From Nemertoderma westbladi (Eukaryota; Animalia; Xenacoelomorpha): 64,000 nt of DNA. Of the stretch, positions 60,271-64,000 are shown piece after piece. How positions within the stretch are numbered: position 1 is the stretch's first letter; each line of letters begins with the position of its first letter. The stretch is from NCBI GenBank assembly GCA_032718475.1, contig JAUCBJ010000284.1:1-64000 (forward strand), in the 5' to 3' direction. The notes under the pieces are model-generated. The model worked only from the letters and a program-made list of their open reading frames with translations. It was not told where the DNA came from and did no database searches. The translations under genes and the position numbers were made by a program.

Positions 60271-62629
60271 CCGTTATAGAAATGATGGGTCTCGAAGGTA
60301 TGATCATAATATTGAATGATTACACGGAGAGGACATTTTAATTCATCGCCATTTAATTAGCGCGAAATTAATAAATGAATTTTAAATCTAACGGCGTTTT
60401 TCAGATTTCAAGTTTATTGGAGCCCCGAATGATATTAAAACCGAAAACAATTCCGTGCTATCGGACTCAATAAAAATAATTTAAACAAAATTGTACTTTT
60501 TATGTAAATAATATGAAACCATTGTAAACATAAACCTAATTTGTATGTGACTATATTTTTATACTTTTTTTCATACATTATTTTTTTTTAAGTAACAAAA
60601 CTAAAAAGAAAGATAACTCTCGGGGTGAGTGTGAGAGGGCTTCGGAGAGTTGACTGAGATACATTGGTATAGACCCCCCCCCCCCCCCCCCCCCCCAACA
60701 GCTGATATAGTGGGAGATACTGACCTAAAACTATAAAACTAATGGCAGTTAACAATACAAATTGAAGCTCTAAAAATATATATTTTATGGACTACAAAAT
60801 AAATCGCAGCGGAAAATCCTTAAATGAGCCATGCAACGTAAAATATTATAAGCCCAACTCCATAATGCGGGAATCCATTACTAGTGAAACAATCACTGCA
60901 CCATGGCAACACTTTATAGTAGACGATGGTGATATAAACTGCATCGACATACACTGACATCAAACAAACTGTTAACATCAAAAATAATATAAAAACCTCA
61001 CCACTGCGCCAACACGAAAACCAACTGGTACATCTGTGAGTTTGCAGCAAATTACACCAACAGCAGCATTACTCATCCGAAAACATATGCCAACAACTGT
61101 TTCACTAAATGTAAAACCTGGTATTAAAAAAATATATCAAATAATTATAATAAAATACAAACTTAAGTTTTAAATAATTGTACATCTAATAACACTCCCA
61201 GTTTGCAATTAGTGCTAATTAATTTAGGAACACAAAAATGGATAAAATACAACAATAACCAACAAAACAATATAACAACAATCAAAAAAACTTAAAAACT
61301 TAAACAAGGAAATCGATCTGAAATCAACTTTATAAAATAAAATTGATTAAAATCAAAAGATAAATTAATTGTTTAAAGAAATAACAACTTCCAGACAAGT
61401 TACTGTAAGTTATATTGAAATTATCGTTTCTAATGATATAATAGAAACATTTACCTGACTCATATAGATTATGTTACCGATCTGCGAAAAAATGGACGCG
61501 ACAAACTGAACATTGAACAGGTATCAATATAGGCCTAAACATAAACAAGTAACAGCACTAAACGCAAGGAAGGCAGACGGCCGAAGCTGGCAGAGAAAAT
61601 ACTAAATATTACTTAACAGACATTTAGCACAAGTTCTAGAACAAATGGAGCCAAAAAACAGGTAAGATTCCGTAGCTAAGAAGAATAATAATTATTATTT
61701 ATTATAGGCCTACAACTGGTAAGTAAGTATATTTACTAATGAAAGGCTATTAATTAAGAGAGATATATTAATGTCTAAACAATAATGTCAAGATTAATTG
61801 CTTCCTAACTAATTAGGAAAACATCTAAAAGGAGTTAATAAAGTTGATCAAAGAAAAGGAAAAAATTGATTTAGACAATAAGTGATAAACGCAACTTCAA
61901 CAAAATGCAACTAAGTTAACGCTAAATAAGAATGCACATATTGACACCTGAATAATGATAATTGCAAATCAAAATTAGCAATGCTAACTAGAGTTGAGTT
62001 CTAGTATGTTGCGAGAAATAATAATTCATATTAACATTCAAGAAGTGATTTATCGCAAGAAATGTCACCCGATAATAATTTTCATAATCATAAAATTCTC
62101 GCCAATATTTTTTCAGTCTAATTGTTACCCCGACCTTAAAGGTCTATGGCGGCTTGACACCCATTACCACAAACACAAACAGCTCGACAGCAGTAACAGC
62201 TGTCTGTTAGTTGTACATTACGTACGTATGGTAGATAACGTAGGCGGGGAGTTTAGGAGGTAATAATGGTATTCGATAAACCTAATAAAAAGCTAATTAA
62301 TGAAAAGAATACGGAGAATTTCCATCGGTTGCGGGTTCAGAATTCAATGTTGTTATGTGAATATCAGAATAAATGACCAACTGCTTGCTGTTGTATTCCT
62401 AACTGATGGCAAATTCTTTGCCCGACACATTCATTTTCGGAACGAGTTCATGGTCTGACATATCAGTCGAAAAAGTCTGCACCACTATGATGGCGCGTCA
62501 GACACTGAGAGGCATGAGTGTCGGATAATACGTTACACCGAGTGTCGGACACAGAGTAAGAAGGTGTCGGATACTGTTACCCGTACTGTCGGACACATAG
62601 TTAATGCGTATGGAGTGTCGGAGAAATAA

Positions 62630-62815
62630 TTAGACGGAGTGTCGCATCCGACGTCTGATCTGATCGTTTATCGATGTGAACGGCGGTCTATCATCGGGGT
62701 CTCGGTTCCAACACGACATCATCAACTGGTAGACGTCGTTGGGGCAGTCGGGCGGTTGCCATAGATACACATGACGGCCTTCACCGTGGTAGACCTCGCC
62801 AATGTTGTTGATAAC
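62630..62815 (-). CDS. DDR: Terminal coding exon of a discoidin domain receptor (DDR)-like tyrosine kinase; upstream exons lie beyond the window
   Basis: After a T-rich tract and CTTAG acceptor, minus strand reads VINNIGEVYHGEGRHVYLWQPPDCPNDVYQLMMSCWNRDPDDRPPFTSINDQIRRRMRHSV*; kinase subdomain XI with the DDR-type insert before YL.QP. Confidence 0.85.
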   Translation of the reverse strand, partial: VINNIGEVYHGEGRHVYLWQPPDCPNDVYQLMMSCWNRDPDDRPPFTSINDQIRRRMRHSV

Positions 62816-63230
62816 CTAAGTAAAAATAAATATAAATAAATACTGAAAGAAATTCGATAATGTAAGTTGAAACTTGTATGTTGGTATTAGGTTAACCACA
62901 CAACCAAACATAGTGCTATTTGAAACAGCTTAAGGCGGGTCATATATTTGTTTACAAATAAAAAAAAAAGTTTGTTGAAATTTGTTTACAAACGGGGAAA
63001 CTATTTCCATATAAATCAGTCGCAGTTAATAGTTTTTTCAATAAGACTAAATATAATCGATGTCTGTTAGTTTTACCTGGTCGTCTGTCATATCGCAGTA
63101 TGGTTGGTAGGTACAATAAGTTAATATCTCCCAAAGAGTGACTCCGTACGCCCAAACGTCCGATTTCGTTGAAAATCTCCCCTAAAATCACAAATTAAAT
63201 AGCGCCGTGATGTTATTAAGTCCCAACACT

Positions 63231-63550
63231 CTACTGCTACTACAATCGGCCTGCTGCATCGAGCTATGCTGGCTTAATAACAAAAATATTTTTCCTACCT
63301 CCATGTAATCCACAAATGGCATGCCCCAATGCAGCGTGCATTAAGAATGCTATGCCGGCTTATCGACAAAATTGCGCCGCCACAACTTCCTATACCCCCA
63401 TGATATTCGCTAGATTATCCGCATCTTCAAGGCCAGTGTCCTTTAAGATGCGTCTCAAGAAAGTCATGGGCTGTCCACCATGCTTATTTTCTCCATGGGG
63501 CTGCCAAAGCACAAGATTGTGCACACGCTGGTCCTCACGGCGAAAACATT
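63231..63550 (-). mobile_element. RTE 3' fragment in the DDR-like intron
   Basis: CFRREDQRVHNLVLWQPHG...KDTGLEDA on the minus strand; tail remnant CTACTGCTACTACAATCGGC at ~63231. Confidence 0.85.
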
Positions 63551-64000
63551 GTACCAACATTGTAAACAATAACCAGAGATTCATGTACACAAATAAATAA
63601 CAACAATTTGTTTCTTTGGTAAAATTATCAGTGAACTCTTAATTAGTTTGTACCAAGGGCATCTAGAACATCTTATAATTTGTTTTATGTATTTATTTAG
63701 AATAAATACTATGTTATAGAATTCCTTGGTAGTAAGTATCTTCTTTCCTTAATTAAAATATTTTGAGGATAACTAATTTTAGATCCAGGAAGTTTGTTTT
63801 TCGAGGTTAAAATTTGAAAACAGTCCGAAGGAACAAGATTGTAGCCTATTACGCGATATAAACAAATTATATTAACAAATACCTATAATACTATATTGGC
63901 ACTTACAAATAACAAGCACTCCCATGCCATCCAACGGATGGGTAACATGGCCCTCCCCTCGATCCTGTAGTAGTCCTTACTGTGCAGCTGTCTACTGAGG

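Overview
AT-rich, repeat-dense metazoan (probably invertebrate) nuclear DNA; not prokaryotic, and no CRISPR. Host genes: a two-exon CYP2-clan cytochrome P450 with two 1-nt frameshifts, an ankyrin protein with ~34 coding 22-aa tandem repeats, an intronless GC-rich DPP8/9, CCDC96/CFAP184, two secreted fibrinogen-domain (FReD) genes, the last exon of a DDR-type receptor tyrosine kinase (missed by the ORF track) and a tRNA-Cys(GCA). Mobile DNA: at least six copies or fragments of one RTE-clade LINE family, other LINE fragments, tRNA-derived SINEs, non-autonomous Helitrons and several MITEs/palindromes. Most notable: (1) a ~9.3 kb strand-biased unit made of a ~7 kb 47-bp array, an orphan triple zinc-knuckle gag-like ORF and hairpin-rich ends, with no pol; (2) a 3.3 kb element with AGTAGT termini and a 6-bp TSD (Polinton/Maverick-like signature) whose interior is mostly an RTE copy; (3) a 4.7 kb 65-bp array whose first unit supplies the C-terminus and stop codon of a FReD gene; (4) a candidate HDV-like ribozyme at the RTE 5' end. 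All calls are by eye; family names for non-coding repeats are provisional.
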